NCBI GenBank assembly: GCA_946625165.1
Contig: CAMOSR010000001.1
Location: 7,744-71,743, forward strand
DNA: 64,000 nucleotides
Reading direction: 5' to 3'
From: an uncultured Bacillota bacterium
GTDB lineage: Bacteria; Bacillota_I; Bacilli_A; RF39; UBA660
The notes beneath the pieces were generated by a model. It did not search any database and was not told where the DNA came from. It saw only the letters and a list, made by a program, of their open reading frames with translations. This document shows positions 10,212 to 19,534 of this stretch, one piece after another. How positions within the stretch are numbered: the first letter of the stretch is position 1; each line of letters starts with the position of its first letter. The position numbers and the translations under genes were made by a program.

Positions 10212-10286
10212 TTGTTTTTATCTTAAATATATTATATAATATATCTAGGATAAAATCTAGTCCTAACTTAATAAGGGGTTGATAAA

Positions 10287-11624
10287 ATGATTAGATCTTT
10301 TGATTTTCAAAAGATGCCAATAGTTGATATTTTAAATGAAATTCTGGTTGATGCTGCTAAACGAGGCGCGAGTGATATTCATTTTGATCCGCATGCTGAC
10401 AAATTATTAATTAGAATTAGAGTTGATGGTATTTTGTGTGACTATGCAGAAGTGCCTAATGATGCTAGAGATTATTTAATAACCAGAATTAAAACTGTGG
10501 CGAGGATGAATATTACTGAATCTAGATTGCCACAGGATGGAGCCATAAAAGCTACTTTACAGGGAATTGATTTGGATTTGCGTGTGTCTTCTTTACCTGT
10601 TAGTACTGGTGAGAAAATAGTGATTCGTATCTTAGATTATTCTATGAGTATGGCCGGTTTAGGTGAGCTTGGTTTTAGTGATGAAAATTATAAAAAAATG
10701 TTAGAGATGATCAGTGTTCCTAGTGGAATTATATTAGTTACCGGGGCAACTGGTAGCGGTAAATCGACAACTGTATATTCAATCTTACAACATTTAAATA
10801 CTCCTTCTACCAATATTATTACTGTCGAAGATCCTATAGAGATGGATATTACTGGTATTAATCAAGTACAGGCAAATAGTAAGATTGGTCTTACGTTTGC
10901 GACAGCGTTAAGATCTATTTTGAGACAGGATCCGAATATCATAATGATTGGCGAAATTCGTGATACTGAAACTGCGAGAATTGCCGTTAGAGCTTCGATT
11001 ACTGGACATCTAGTTTTATCTACTTTGCACACAAACACTTCATTAAATACTATTGAACGATTGATTGATATGGATGTTCAAAAATATTTACTTGCTTCTT
11101 CTTTAGAAGGTGTTGTTGCTCAAAAACTTGCTAGAAAGCTTTGCAAACATTGTAAAACAAAGAGAAAAACAAGTAATTATGAAAAAATGATATTTAAGAC
11201 TGTTTTAGGAAAAGATATTGAAGAAATATATGATGCAGAAGGATGCGAATATTGTAATGACGGCTATCGCGGAAGAATTCCTATACATGAGGTTTTAAAA
11301 ATTAATCAAGAAATTCGTGATGCTTTAAGTGATGATGCTCCTAAAGAAAAGCTAAGGGAATTAGTTTATGGTGGCTCTGATGTTATTACTATGCTTCAGG
11401 ATGGATTGCAAAAAGTTGTAAATGGTGAAACGAGTTTTGAAGAAATTTTAAAATCAATTGAACTTGAAGATGATGAACATATAAATGACAATAGTTCTTT
11501 AAAAGAGGCTATTTCGGAAGCTAAATCAGTAATGGCAATGCACACTAATAATCAAAATTTAGAAGATAAAAAGATTCCAATAAATGATGATTTAGAAATG
11601 ACACAGACTGAAATATTATTTTAA
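10287..11624 (+). CDS. GspE/PilB/ComGA-family type IV pilus or competence assembly ATPase
   Basis: Walker A VTGATGSGKSTT, a tetracysteine motif CKHCK...CEYC, and the Asp and His boxes. Confidence 0.8.
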   Translation: MIRSFDFQKMPIVDILNEILVDAAKRGASDIHFDPHADKLLIRIRVDGILCDYAEVPNDARDYLITRIKTVARMNITESRLPQDGAIKATLQGIDLDLRVSSLPVSTGEKIVIRILDYSMSMAGLGELGFSDENYKKMLEMISVPSGIILVTGATGSGKSTTVYSILQHLNTPSTNIITVEDPIEMDITGINQVQANSKIGLTFATALRSILRQDPNIIMIGEIRDTETARIAVRASITGHLVLSTLHTNTSLNTIERLIDMDVQKYLLASSLEGVVAQKLARKLCKHCKTKRKTSNYEKMIFKTVLGKDIEEIYDAEGCEYCNDGYRGRIPIHEVLKINQEIRDALSDDAPKEKLRELVYGGSDVITMLQDGLQKVVNGETSFEEILKSIELEDDEHINDNSSLKEAISEAKSVMAMHTNNQNLEDKKIPINDDLEMTQTEILF

Positions 11625-11652
11625 AAAAAAAATAAGACTTACTTAGTAAATC
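11625..11652. terminator. Bidirectional hairpin terminator between convergent genes
   Basis: Hairpin aagacttact/agtaaatctt flanked by A and T runs. Confidence 0.4.
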
Positions 11653-12114
11653 TTATTTTTTGTATTCTCTTATTGACTTTGAAACTACTTTTTTAAATTC
11701 GCCTTTAGCTTTTGTGCTCAATGTTCTTTTCTCATTTGGTTTTAGGCCAGTCCCAATGCGCCCTTTTAGACTTATTACTGTTTTTCCATCTTTGTCTTTC
11801 AAATCAATATATACTTTTTCTATTGTGTTATCGGTAGTATTAGTATTAATAACGTCGGCAGTAAATGTTGTATAACCTTTATCAGTAATTAAAGAGATAT
11901 TTGTAAATTTTAATCCTTCAAAAGTTTCTTCACTTATTATTTCAGCCTCGGTGTGGGCAAATGTTTCATAGTTTTTTTCATTTTCCTTTTCATTTCCCTT
12001 TTTATCACGTGTGCCATACCACATTGGAAAGACAATTATTAATAATAATATAACCATCAGGATTATTTTTGTTTTTGGATTATTTAAAAGTTTTTCAATA
12101 TTTATATTTTTCAT
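11653..12114 (-). CDS. Hypothetical membrane-anchored protein
   Basis: ORF with one N-terminal transmembrane helix; no recognisable motif. Confidence 0.35.
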   Translation of the reverse strand: MKNINIEKLLNNPKTKIILMVILLLIIVFPMWYGTRDKKGNEKENEKNYETFAHTEAEIISEETFEGLKFTNISLITDKGYTTFTADVINTNTTDNTIEKVYIDLKDKDGKTVISLKGRIGTGLKPNEKRTLSTKAKGEFKKVVSKSIREYKK

Positions 12115-12201
12115 AGTAATACCCCTACTTTCTTACTATTATTATAAATTATTTTTTTATTTCTTTCAAGATATATTACGAAAAATATTGCTTTATATTT
12201 T

Positions 12202-12639
12202 TTATAGGTATTCTTTTAATTTTTTAATGTAGTCTTCACCAAATTTTCTAAACTGTTTAGCTAAATTTATTATTTTCTTGTCTATTTCTTTTTCGAAATT
12301 AGATATTCTTTTGTCAATTTCTAAGTTTCCCATCATGAGACCTTGAATAAGCATATCTGCTATACTTGCATCGCTGTTGTCCTTCATTACTTCTTTTTTT
12401 ATGCTCATCTTGCTCATAATATCGGCCATTATTCCGGCGTTTTTTGGCTCTACTTTATTTTTCTTTAAAAGTTTGGAGCTTTCTTTTTCATAGTGTTCAT
12501 ATTGTTTGTTTATCTCTTCTACTGTTTTTTTTATTTTGTTATCTTTTTCTTTAAGCTCCGCAAGTAAGTCTTCAGTACTACTATGCCCCATATTGCTTGC
12601 TTTATATAGGTATTCTAACATTTCTAAATTTTCATTCAT
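12202..12639 (-). CDS. Hypothetical charged, helical protein
   Basis: ORF only. Confidence 0.35.
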   Translation of the reverse strand: MNENLEMLEYLYKASNMGHSSTEDLLAELKEKDNKIKKTVEEINKQYEHYEKESSKLLKKNKVEPKNAGIMADIMSKMSIKKEVMKDNSDASIADMLIQGLMMGNLEIDKRISNFEKEIDKKIINLAKQFRKFGEDYIKKLKEYL

Positions 12640-12683
12640 AAATATCTTCCTTTCTTTTTTTATTATGAGGTAAATTTTAAAAT

Positions 12684-12716
12684 AGTATTCAAAAACTAGA
12701 TAAGAATTTATCTAGT
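12684..12716. terminator. Palindromic hairpin (AAAACTAGATAA...TTATCTAGTTTT), a terminator-like element
   Basis: 12-bp perfect stem. A similar element is at 14848-14878. Confidence 0.4.
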
Positions 12717-12718
12717 TT

Positions 12719-13477
12719 TTATACGCATGTATATCCACCATCTATTGGAAGTATTACACCTGTAACGTATGAGGCTTCATCTGAGGCTAGGAAAATGGCT
12801 CCAGCATTTAACTCTCCAGCACGTCCGTATCTACCCATTGGGACTGTTTGCTTCATGTAAGTGGTAAAGTCTTCGGTATTTAATACGGCACTTGTAAGTT
12901 CTGTTTCAAAGTATCCTGGGCATATAGCATTACATGTAATATTATATTTTGCAAGTTCAGCAGCTACAGCTCTTGTAAAATTAACTACTCCTCCTTTCGA
13001 TGAATGATACGCAACTGTTCCCATAGCAGTGTTTCCAACTAAGCCATACATTGAGGCAATGTTTATGATTCTTCCGTAGTTGTTTTTCTTCATGATGCTT
13101 GCAAATGCTCTAGTCACTTTAAATACTGACGTTTGATCTGTTGCAATTGTAAAATTCCAATCTTCGTCTGTCATGTCTAAAATTCCAGCGTCTTTGGAGG
13201 AACCGGCACAGTTTACTAATATGTCAACTTTACCAAATTCTTTTTCTGTCATTTCGGCGGCTTTGTTGATGTCGTTTGTGTTTGTGACGTCACATTTTAT
13301 TGGAAGTACTTTGACTCCTTCTTGTTCTAGTTCTTTTTTATATTCTTCTAGCCTTTCTATTCTTCTGGCGAGTATTACTAAATCGGCTCCTTGTTTGGCG
13401 AAAGCCATAGACATTTGTTTTCCAAGTCCAGAACTTGCTCCAGTAATTACAGCAACCCTTCCTTTTAAATTAAACAT
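12719..13477 (-). CDS. Short-chain dehydrogenase/reductase (SDR) family oxidoreductase
   Basis: Cofactor-binding motif VITGASSGLG and the NAG motif region; 252 aa. Confidence 0.8.
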   Translation of the reverse strand: MFNLKGRVAVITGASSGLGKQMSMAFAKQGADLVILARRIERLEEYKKELEQEGVKVLPIKCDVTNTNDINKAAEMTEKEFGKVDILVNCAGSSKDAGILDMTDEDWNFTIATDQTSVFKVTRAFASIMKKNNYGRIINIASMYGLVGNTAMGTVAYHSSKGGVVNFTRAVAAELAKYNITCNAICPGYFETELTSAVLNTEDFTTYMKQTVPMGRYGRAGELNAGAIFLASDEASYVTGVILPIDGGYTCV

Positions 13478-13492
13478 ATTTTTACCTTCTTT

Positions 13493-14752
13493 CTATTTAT
13501 TTAAATACTCTATTATGGTATAGGCGGCATTTCTCCCGGCACGAGCAGCCCAGGCAACAGTGGCAATATTACCGGCTGCATCTCCTCCTGCAAATACTTT
13601 TTTGTTAGATGTGTTTCCTTTTTTATCTATTTTTATTCTGCCGTTGTTAGTTAGCTTTAGATTTAAACTATTCATAGTTCTTCTGTTTGCGTGTGAACCG
13701 ATTGCTTTTATGACATAGTCGCATCCTATTTTATGCTTGCTGTCTCTTATATTTTCTAATAATAATTTATCTTTGCTTTTTTTATAGTGAGTTTTTATTA
13801 ATTCTATACTTTTTACTTTGTTTTTCCCAATAATTTTTATAATATTATTGTTAAATAAAAACTCTATTCCTTCTTCTTTGGCAGCCTTTATTTCGTCTTT
13901 GTCAGCAGGCATTTCTTCTTCGCTTTTTCGGTATACGACAATTACTTTTTTGGCTCCTAATTTTTTTAGTGTTCTAGAAGTGTCCATAGCAACATTCCCT
14001 CCACCATATACCACAACAGTTTTGTTTTCATAGTCTATTTTTCTTTTGTATTCTAAAATTTCGTTACCGCCATAAACTCCTTTAAGCTTTTCTCCAGGTA
14101 TTTTCATTCTATTTGATATATTCGCGCCTATTCCGATAAATATGGCATCATATTTTTTTTCCAACTGTTCTATGGTGATGGTTTTACCAAGAGTTTCGTT
14201 ATATTTGACTTCTATTCCTAAGTCTATTATTCTTTGTACTGTTTTTTCAGTAATTGTTTTAGGCAATCTAAACTCTGGTATGCCGTGTGAAAGTAGGCCT
14301 CCTAAGTAATTGTGCTTTTCATAGATTGTAACGTTTATGCCGTGTTTTTTTAAAAAAGCGGCACATGTAAGCCCAGCTGGCCCACCACCGATGACGGCAA
14401 CGTTATGAGTTGCTTCGGCTTTACTTCTAATTTTCCAATTGTCTTTAATGGCAAGATCACCGATAAACTCTTCCAATCTACCGATTTTTACGGGCGCTTT
14501 TTTTATCTCTTTTCTGCAAGCTCCCTGGCACTGCTTTTCATGTGGGCAAATTCTACCACAGATGCTTTCTAATACAGTAGTTTTTGATAGGAGATTATAT
14601 GCTGCTTTGTAGTTTTCTTCTTTTATGCATTTTATAAATCCTTTGATATCGTTATCTAATGGGCAACCAACAATACATGCCGGTTTGGTACAATCTAGAC
14701 ATTTATTTGCCTTTTTCATAATGCTTTTTACATTTTCCATATGCCCCTCCAT
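13493..14752 (-). CDS. GltD-like FAD/NAD(P)H oxidoreductase with an N-terminal Fe-S cluster (glutamate synthase small-subunit / NfnB / SudA family)
   Basis: N-terminal Cys clusters CLDCTKPAC..GCP and ICGRICPHEKQCQGACR, followed by VAVIGGGPAGLTCAAF and a second dinucleotide fold. Confidence 0.7.
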   Translation of the reverse strand: MEGHMENVKSIMKKANKCLDCTKPACIVGCPLDNDIKGFIKCIKEENYKAAYNLLSKTTVLESICGRICPHEKQCQGACRKEIKKAPVKIGRLEEFIGDLAIKDNWKIRSKAEATHNVAVIGGGPAGLTCAAFLKKHGINVTIYEKHNYLGGLLSHGIPEFRLPKTITEKTVQRIIDLGIEVKYNETLGKTITIEQLEKKYDAIFIGIGANISNRMKIPGEKLKGVYGGNEILEYKRKIDYENKTVVVYGGGNVAMDTSRTLKKLGAKKVIVVYRKSEEEMPADKDEIKAAKEEGIEFLFNNNIIKIIGKNKVKSIELIKTHYKKSKDKLLLENIRDSKHKIGCDYVIKAIGSHANRRTMNSLNLKLTNNGRIKIDKKGNTSNKKVFAGGDAAGNIATVAWAARAGRNAAYTIIEYLNK

Positions 14753-14847
14753 TATTCTTCTATGTTTATTATACTATAAAACTTATGTTTTTAAAATAAA
14801 ACTCTTTTGATACTGCTTGTTTTTTTAATTGATTAGTCTTTTATTAT

Positions 14848-14878
14848 GATAAAAACTAGATATTTTCTATCTAGTTTG
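14848..14878. repeat. Palindromic hairpin AAAACTAGATA...TATCTAGTTT (second copy of the element at 12684)
   Basis: Seen directly; same stem sequence as at 12688-12712. Confidence 0.4.
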
Positions 14879-14887
14879 TTTTATTTA

Positions 14888-14913
14888 TGGTAGCCTGTAC
14901 GGGATTTGAACCC
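14888..14913 (-). repeat. 26-bp duplicate of the tRNA-Glu 3' end (att-like direct repeat)
   Basis: tggtagcctgtacgggatttgaaccc is identical to 17216-17241 and diverges immediately afterwards. Confidence 0.6.
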
Positions 14914-14967
14914 ATAATAGCTTTTTCCTTTATTTTTAAGCATTTTTTCAAGTTTATAAATTAATTT

Positions 14968-14991
14968 GGTCTTGTTTTTGGTCTTGTTTTG
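14968..14991. repeat. Tandem GGTCTTGTTTT(T) doublet (left copy)
   Basis: ggtcttgtttttggtcttgttttg. A near-identical doublet is at 17078-17103. Confidence 0.5.
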
Positions 14992-15009
14992 AAAATTATT
15001 CTTTATAAA

Positions 15010-16941
15010 CTATATTTTTCTTCCACCCTTTTCTGGATTGTTTTCGGCATATTCATCAGTTTCTTCCATTAATTGTTCAGCATCATTATGTTGCACTCTT
15101 GTTTCATATTCACTATTTACATATTTAATCAGATTTTGATAAGCCTCTTCGTTAGTTATTTTGCCTTCCCATAATTTATTCATAACATCTAAAAAATATG
15201 CTAACTCATTATCACTCAAATCATCGTTATATAATCTGTTTTCTCCAATTTTTAATTGTTCCAATACACTTCTCATAAATGATATATCATGCGATTTTTC
15301 AAACCATTCATCATCGGTAAAACTACCACCGTTAACTATTTCACAATTTTTTCTCATTAATGTCCCATCAGACAAAGACAAAGAATAAAATTCCATTGCT
15401 GATTTTTTAGCTTTAATCATATCTTCAGCTTTTTCTTCATCTGTTTTTTCAAATCTTTTAAAGAATGTATTAATCATATCTAGCTTTTCTTCTAATTCTC
15501 TCTCGTTTACACCAAGTGATAACAAATACTCTTTCGCATGTAATAAAACTTGTAATTTACCTATTATATCCATTTTATAATAATTAAATTCATCTTTTAA
15601 AGTTTCATATCTTTCGATAAATTTATCACAATTTGAATATAAATTAAGCAAAACATCATTCAAATATTGATTAAGAGCAGTTCCTAACAAATCATATATT
15701 CTATCTTTTTCTTCTTGTGGCAAATTTCTAAACCTATAATCTTCAAATAATGACCATTGATTTATTTCAAGTTCACTTAATTCAGAAATACCATAATCAG
15801 TTCCAGTTTTACCATAAAAATCATAATCACCTGCAAGTACATCTAAAATAAAACCGTATCTTCCACCTAAAATATTTAAATAATTTTCTGCAGCTTCTTT
15901 ATGCGAATCTATTTGCTGAAGTATTTTTGCAAGTTCATAATAGTCTAGCTCTGATGTTAATTCTTTTTTTAATGGACTAACGTATCTTTCGAACTTTATC
16001 TGTTGTATGTAGTCACCATATAAAGGATAATAAGATGTGTCATTAATATCTATATTGGTCATTGCTTCATTATTATAATTTAATAAGCTGTTTCGGATAA
16101 CATCTATATTACTTTGAATTTCACTTTTCGAAATACTATCAAGATCAAATATTCTCTCTGAAGGATCTTGAACAATAGATTTATCAAATTGAACATCAAA
16201 AAAATCAAACGAATCAGGAAAAAAATATGATAATGGTTCTTCTTTAGGAGTATGATATTTTCCCATCTTTTCATTACTAATAAAATCTTCAGAACCAAAC
16301 CATCTATAGTCACATAAGTTAGAGGTTAAATCCCATGTTAAATCAACACCAATAATTTTCCCATCAACCTCTATTAAATTATAATCATGTTCATGCATTC
16401 TATTTCTGAACAAGCATGGAATTCCTAGCCTATCCATGCCCTCTTTGAATGATAGTGCAAATCCAGCACACACTTGACGTTGATATAATAATCCATTCAA
16501 ACTTCTTAAAGTAGTACCTGCATTATGAATATCACTTTCATAATCCTTATAATCATAACTATTGTCTCTTGCTAATGCGCCATATAAAAACATAGCCTTT
16601 TGTGTTTCTGTCCACTCTGGTTTTATCATTCTTTCTATATTTTCGAAATACTCTATTACTTTAGAAAGTGCTTTCGGAGACATTAATGTTCTATCAAAAT
16701 AATCTCTATCCTTATATTTAGATTTTTCATCTGGATTAATCCCACCTCGAACACTAAAAAGAACATAGTCATTATCAATCATATTGATGATTTCGCTTTT
16801 TTGTCCAACAGTATTATCAAGGATTATAATTACTTGTGAAGTGAAAGCGTTAATTTCTTTAATATCTTCCTCAGTTAAACTTCCTTCAACTTTATAAAAA
16901 AAATCACCTAAATTATTTTCAGTTTTTTTGATATTTGCCAT
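15010..16941 (-). CDS. Transglutaminase-like superfamily cysteine protease domain protein (cytoplasmic, 643 aa)
   Basis: Core region QVCAGFALSFKEGMDRLGIPCLFRNRMHEHDYNLIEVDGKIIGVDLTWD has the Cys...His...Asp arrangement. No signal peptide. Confidence 0.5.
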   Translation of the reverse strand: MANIKKTENNLGDFFYKVEGSLTEEDIKEINAFTSQVIIILDNTVGQKSEIINMIDNDYVLFSVRGGINPDEKSKYKDRDYFDRTLMSPKALSKVIEYFENIERMIKPEWTETQKAMFLYGALARDNSYDYKDYESDIHNAGTTLRSLNGLLYQRQVCAGFALSFKEGMDRLGIPCLFRNRMHEHDYNLIEVDGKIIGVDLTWDLTSNLCDYRWFGSEDFISNEKMGKYHTPKEEPLSYFFPDSFDFFDVQFDKSIVQDPSERIFDLDSISKSEIQSNIDVIRNSLLNYNNEAMTNIDINDTSYYPLYGDYIQQIKFERYVSPLKKELTSELDYYELAKILQQIDSHKEAAENYLNILGGRYGFILDVLAGDYDFYGKTGTDYGISELSELEINQWSLFEDYRFRNLPQEEKDRIYDLLGTALNQYLNDVLLNLYSNCDKFIERYETLKDEFNYYKMDIIGKLQVLLHAKEYLLSLGVNERELEEKLDMINTFFKRFEKTDEEKAEDMIKAKKSAMEFYSLSLSDGTLMRKNCEIVNGGSFTDDEWFEKSHDISFMRSVLEQLKIGENRLYNDDLSDNELAYFLDVMNKLWEGKITNEEAYQNLIKYVNSEYETRVQHNDAEQLMEETDEYAENNPEKGGRKI

Positions 16942-17077
16942 ATTTATTGTTTCCCTTCTATATTTTAACCATTGCTTATATAAAATATAGCATAGATATT
17001 AATTAGAAACAATAATTTGAAATTTTTAATTGTATAAAAAATGTAAAGAAATTTTATATTATTATCAAATATTTTTG

Positions 17078-17103
17078 ATCTTGTTTTGGTCTTGTTTTGG
17101 TCA
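17078..17103. repeat. Tandem GGTCTTGTTTT doublet (right copy)
   Basis: gatcttgttttggtcttgttttggtc. Confidence 0.5.
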
Positions 17104-17215
17104 AAAATAACCCTTTTTCATCAAAAATAGTGCTTGACAAAAAACGTGAAAAATCATAACAAAACCCTTATAAAATAAGAAAAAGTCTTAAATATCAAGA
17201 CTTTTATAAACTAAA

Positions 17216-17292
17216 TGGTAGCCTGTACGGGATTTGAACCCGTGAGTGCCGCCTTGAGAGGGCGGTGTGTTAAACCACTTCACCAACAGGCC
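17216..17292 (-). tRNA. tRNA-Glu (anticodon CUC)
   Basis: The reverse complement gives a 77-nt cloverleaf: GGCCTGT acceptor, anticodon stem CCGCC/GGCGG with loop CTCTCAA, T-arm ACGGG-TTCAAAT-CCCGT, encoded CCA. Pair 1:72 is G-U. Confidence 0.8.
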
Positions 17293-17355
17293 ATAAAAAT
17301 TTATTGCATTAACATTTTAGCATATTTAAAGCATTAATACAATAAATTTTAATTA

Positions 17356-18270
17356 TTAATTCCACAAATGGTTTGGATAAACGCCATCAGGATTATCTTC
17401 GGTTTTCACTAATTTTTTTATTGATTCTTTTACATTTTCTGTATCTTCTTTATATGTTACACCTAGCCATTTAGCTGTTGTTGGTAATACTTTTATCTTT
17501 ATTTTGCCTTCTTTTATCATTTCGTCTAGAACGTCTGGCAACAAGAATTCACATGTATCCATATTATCTTTATTATTTTCAAAGAATGTTACTATTTCTT
17601 TTTCAAGTTCTTCAAATATTATTGGAGTTAGCCCAAACATTAACATAGATACTGGATGATCTAACTTTATATTGTAAGCTTCGCTACCGTCAAGTGGCTC
17701 GCAGTGTACTAAATTTCCTACTTTTGTAACTTTGCTTTCAATTACTGCTGTTAGATACCCTTCATTTTCCATACATACGCCTCGTTTAACGGTTCCTTTT
17801 TCAGACAATGTTTCGCCTATTTTATAGCCAATTACGCAGAAGTCTTTGTTGCTATTTAAAAAGTCAGCAGCTTGTTTAAAGGCGTCATATCCAAAGAAAT
17901 CGTCTGCAGATATTATGACAAAATTTTCATTTACTTTGTCTTTGGCACATAAAATTGCATGACCGGTGCCGTATGGTTTTGTACGGTCTTTTTGATAATT
18001 GAATCCTTTTGGTAAGTTATCGTTGTTTTGAAAAACGTATTCAACTTTAATATATGGTTCTACCCTACAGCCAATTGTTTCTTTAAATATTTCATAGTTT
18101 TCTTCTTTAATTATGAAAACTATTTTGTTGAAGCCGGCTTTTTTGGCGTCATAGATAGAATAATCAATTATAAATTCCCCATTTGGTCCTATAGGTTCAA
18201 TTTGTTTTAATCCACCAAATCTACTTCCCATGCCGGCAGCAAGGATGACTAAAGTTAAATCTTTATTCAT
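17356..18270 (-). CDS. Sugar-phosphate nucleotidyltransferase (NTP_transferase family, GalU-like)
   Basis: N-terminus LVILAAGMGSRF and YGTGHAILCAKD. Confidence 0.55.
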   Translation of the reverse strand: MNKDLTLVILAAGMGSRFGGLKQIEPIGPNGEFIIDYSIYDAKKAGFNKIVFIIKEENYEIFKETIGCRVEPYIKVEYVFQNNDNLPKGFNYQKDRTKPYGTGHAILCAKDKVNENFVIISADDFFGYDAFKQAADFLNSNKDFCVIGYKIGETLSEKGTVKRGVCMENEGYLTAVIESKVTKVGNLVHCEPLDGSEAYNIKLDHPVSMLMFGLTPIIFEELEKEIVTFFENNKDNMDTCEFLLPDVLDEMIKEGKIKIKVLPTTAKWLGVTYKEDTENVKESIKKLVKTEDNPDGVYPNHLWN

Positions 18271-18284
18271 GTTTTATCTCCTTA

Positions 18285-19463
18285 TTATTTTATTAATTCG
18301 TATGTATCTCTAGCAATCATAAGTTCTTCGTCAGTAGCAATTACATAGACGTCTATTTTAGAGTCTTCAGTGCTTATTTTCATAAAGTCTTCACGCTTAT
18401 TGTTTTCTTCTTCATTTATTTTAACGCCTAAGCATTCTAATCTCTTACATACTTCGGATCTAGTTTTAGGTCCTTTCTCTCCGATTCCTGCAGTAAATAC
18501 TATAGCATTAACGCCACCAAGCAAAACATAATACTGTGCGATATAATCAGCAATTCTTCTATTAAATTTATTGAAGGCAAGGATGGCTTTTTGGTTGCCT
18601 TCTTCACACGCTGCTTCGATATCACGCATGTCACTACTTATTTCGCTTAGTCCAAGTAATCCACTATGCTTATTTAAATCGTTAATTATATCATCAATTG
18701 TTTTTCCTTCTTTTTTCATTACGAATGGGATTATAGATGGATCAACATCACCAGATCTTGTTCCCATCATAATGCCAGCAAGAGGCGTAAATCCCATAGA
18801 AGTATCAACGCATTTTCCGTCTTTAATGGCGGCAAGAGATGCACCGCTTCCTATGTGACAACTTATAAGTTTTAGATCTTTTCTATTATAAATTTCTTCA
18901 ACTCTTTCTGTTATATATCTATGGCTTGTTCCGTGAGCACCGTATTTTCTGATTCCATATTTTGTATACCATTCATAAGGAACCGCATACATATAAGATT
19001 CTTCATCCATTGTCTGGTGGAACGCTGTGTCAAATACAGCAATCATTGGTACATTTGGTAATATTTTTTGAAATGCTTTTATGCCTGATACGTTAGCTCC
19101 GTTGTGAAGTGGCGCTAATTCGATAATTGATTCTAACTTTTTCATTACTTCGTCATCGACCACTACTGATCTATCAAATAGGTCTTTACCATTTACGATT
19201 CTATGTCCTACTCCACCTATTTCGTCTAATGATTCTACAATATGTAATTCGTGTAGTTTTTCTAACAATAGATCAACAGCTGCTGTGTGGTCTTTCATTT
19301 CAGATTCGCCTTTATGTTTTTCTCCATTATATTTAATTGTGTAGCAACTGCCTTCAATTCCAATTCTTTCAAATAGTCCAGTTGCGATAACTTCTTCAGT
19401 TTCCATATTAAACAAACTAAATTTTAGCGAGCTGCTTCCAGCATTAATTGACATTATTTTCAT
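18285..19463 (-). CDS. ackA: Acetate kinase
   Basis: N-terminus MKIMSINAGSSSLKFSLF; 392 aa. Confidence 0.9.
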   Translation of the reverse strand: MKIMSINAGSSSLKFSLFNMETEEVIATGLFERIGIEGSCYTIKYNGEKHKGESEMKDHTAAVDLLLEKLHELHIVESLDEIGGVGHRIVNGKDLFDRSVVVDDEVMKKLESIIELAPLHNGANVSGIKAFQKILPNVPMIAVFDTAFHQTMDEESYMYAVPYEWYTKYGIRKYGAHGTSHRYITERVEEIYNRKDLKLISCHIGSGASLAAIKDGKCVDTSMGFTPLAGIMMGTRSGDVDPSIIPFVMKKEGKTIDDIINDLNKHSGLLGLSEISSDMRDIEAACEEGNQKAILAFNKFNRRIADYIAQYYVLLGGVNAIVFTAGIGEKGPKTRSEVCKRLECLGVKINEEENNKREDFMKISTEDSKIDVYVIATDEELMIARDTYELIK

Positions 19464-19534
19464 TTGATTTCCTCTTTTCTATATTTCGTCTTTAATTAAT
19501 TTTACCAAAACATTTGCAATAAGTCCATAAAAAC

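Noticed and set aside
14968-17103. Possible CRISPR or tandem array from the GGTCTTGTTTT repeats
   Set aside because: There are only two units per site and no spacers, so this is not a CRISPR array. They are reported as short flanking direct repeats instead.
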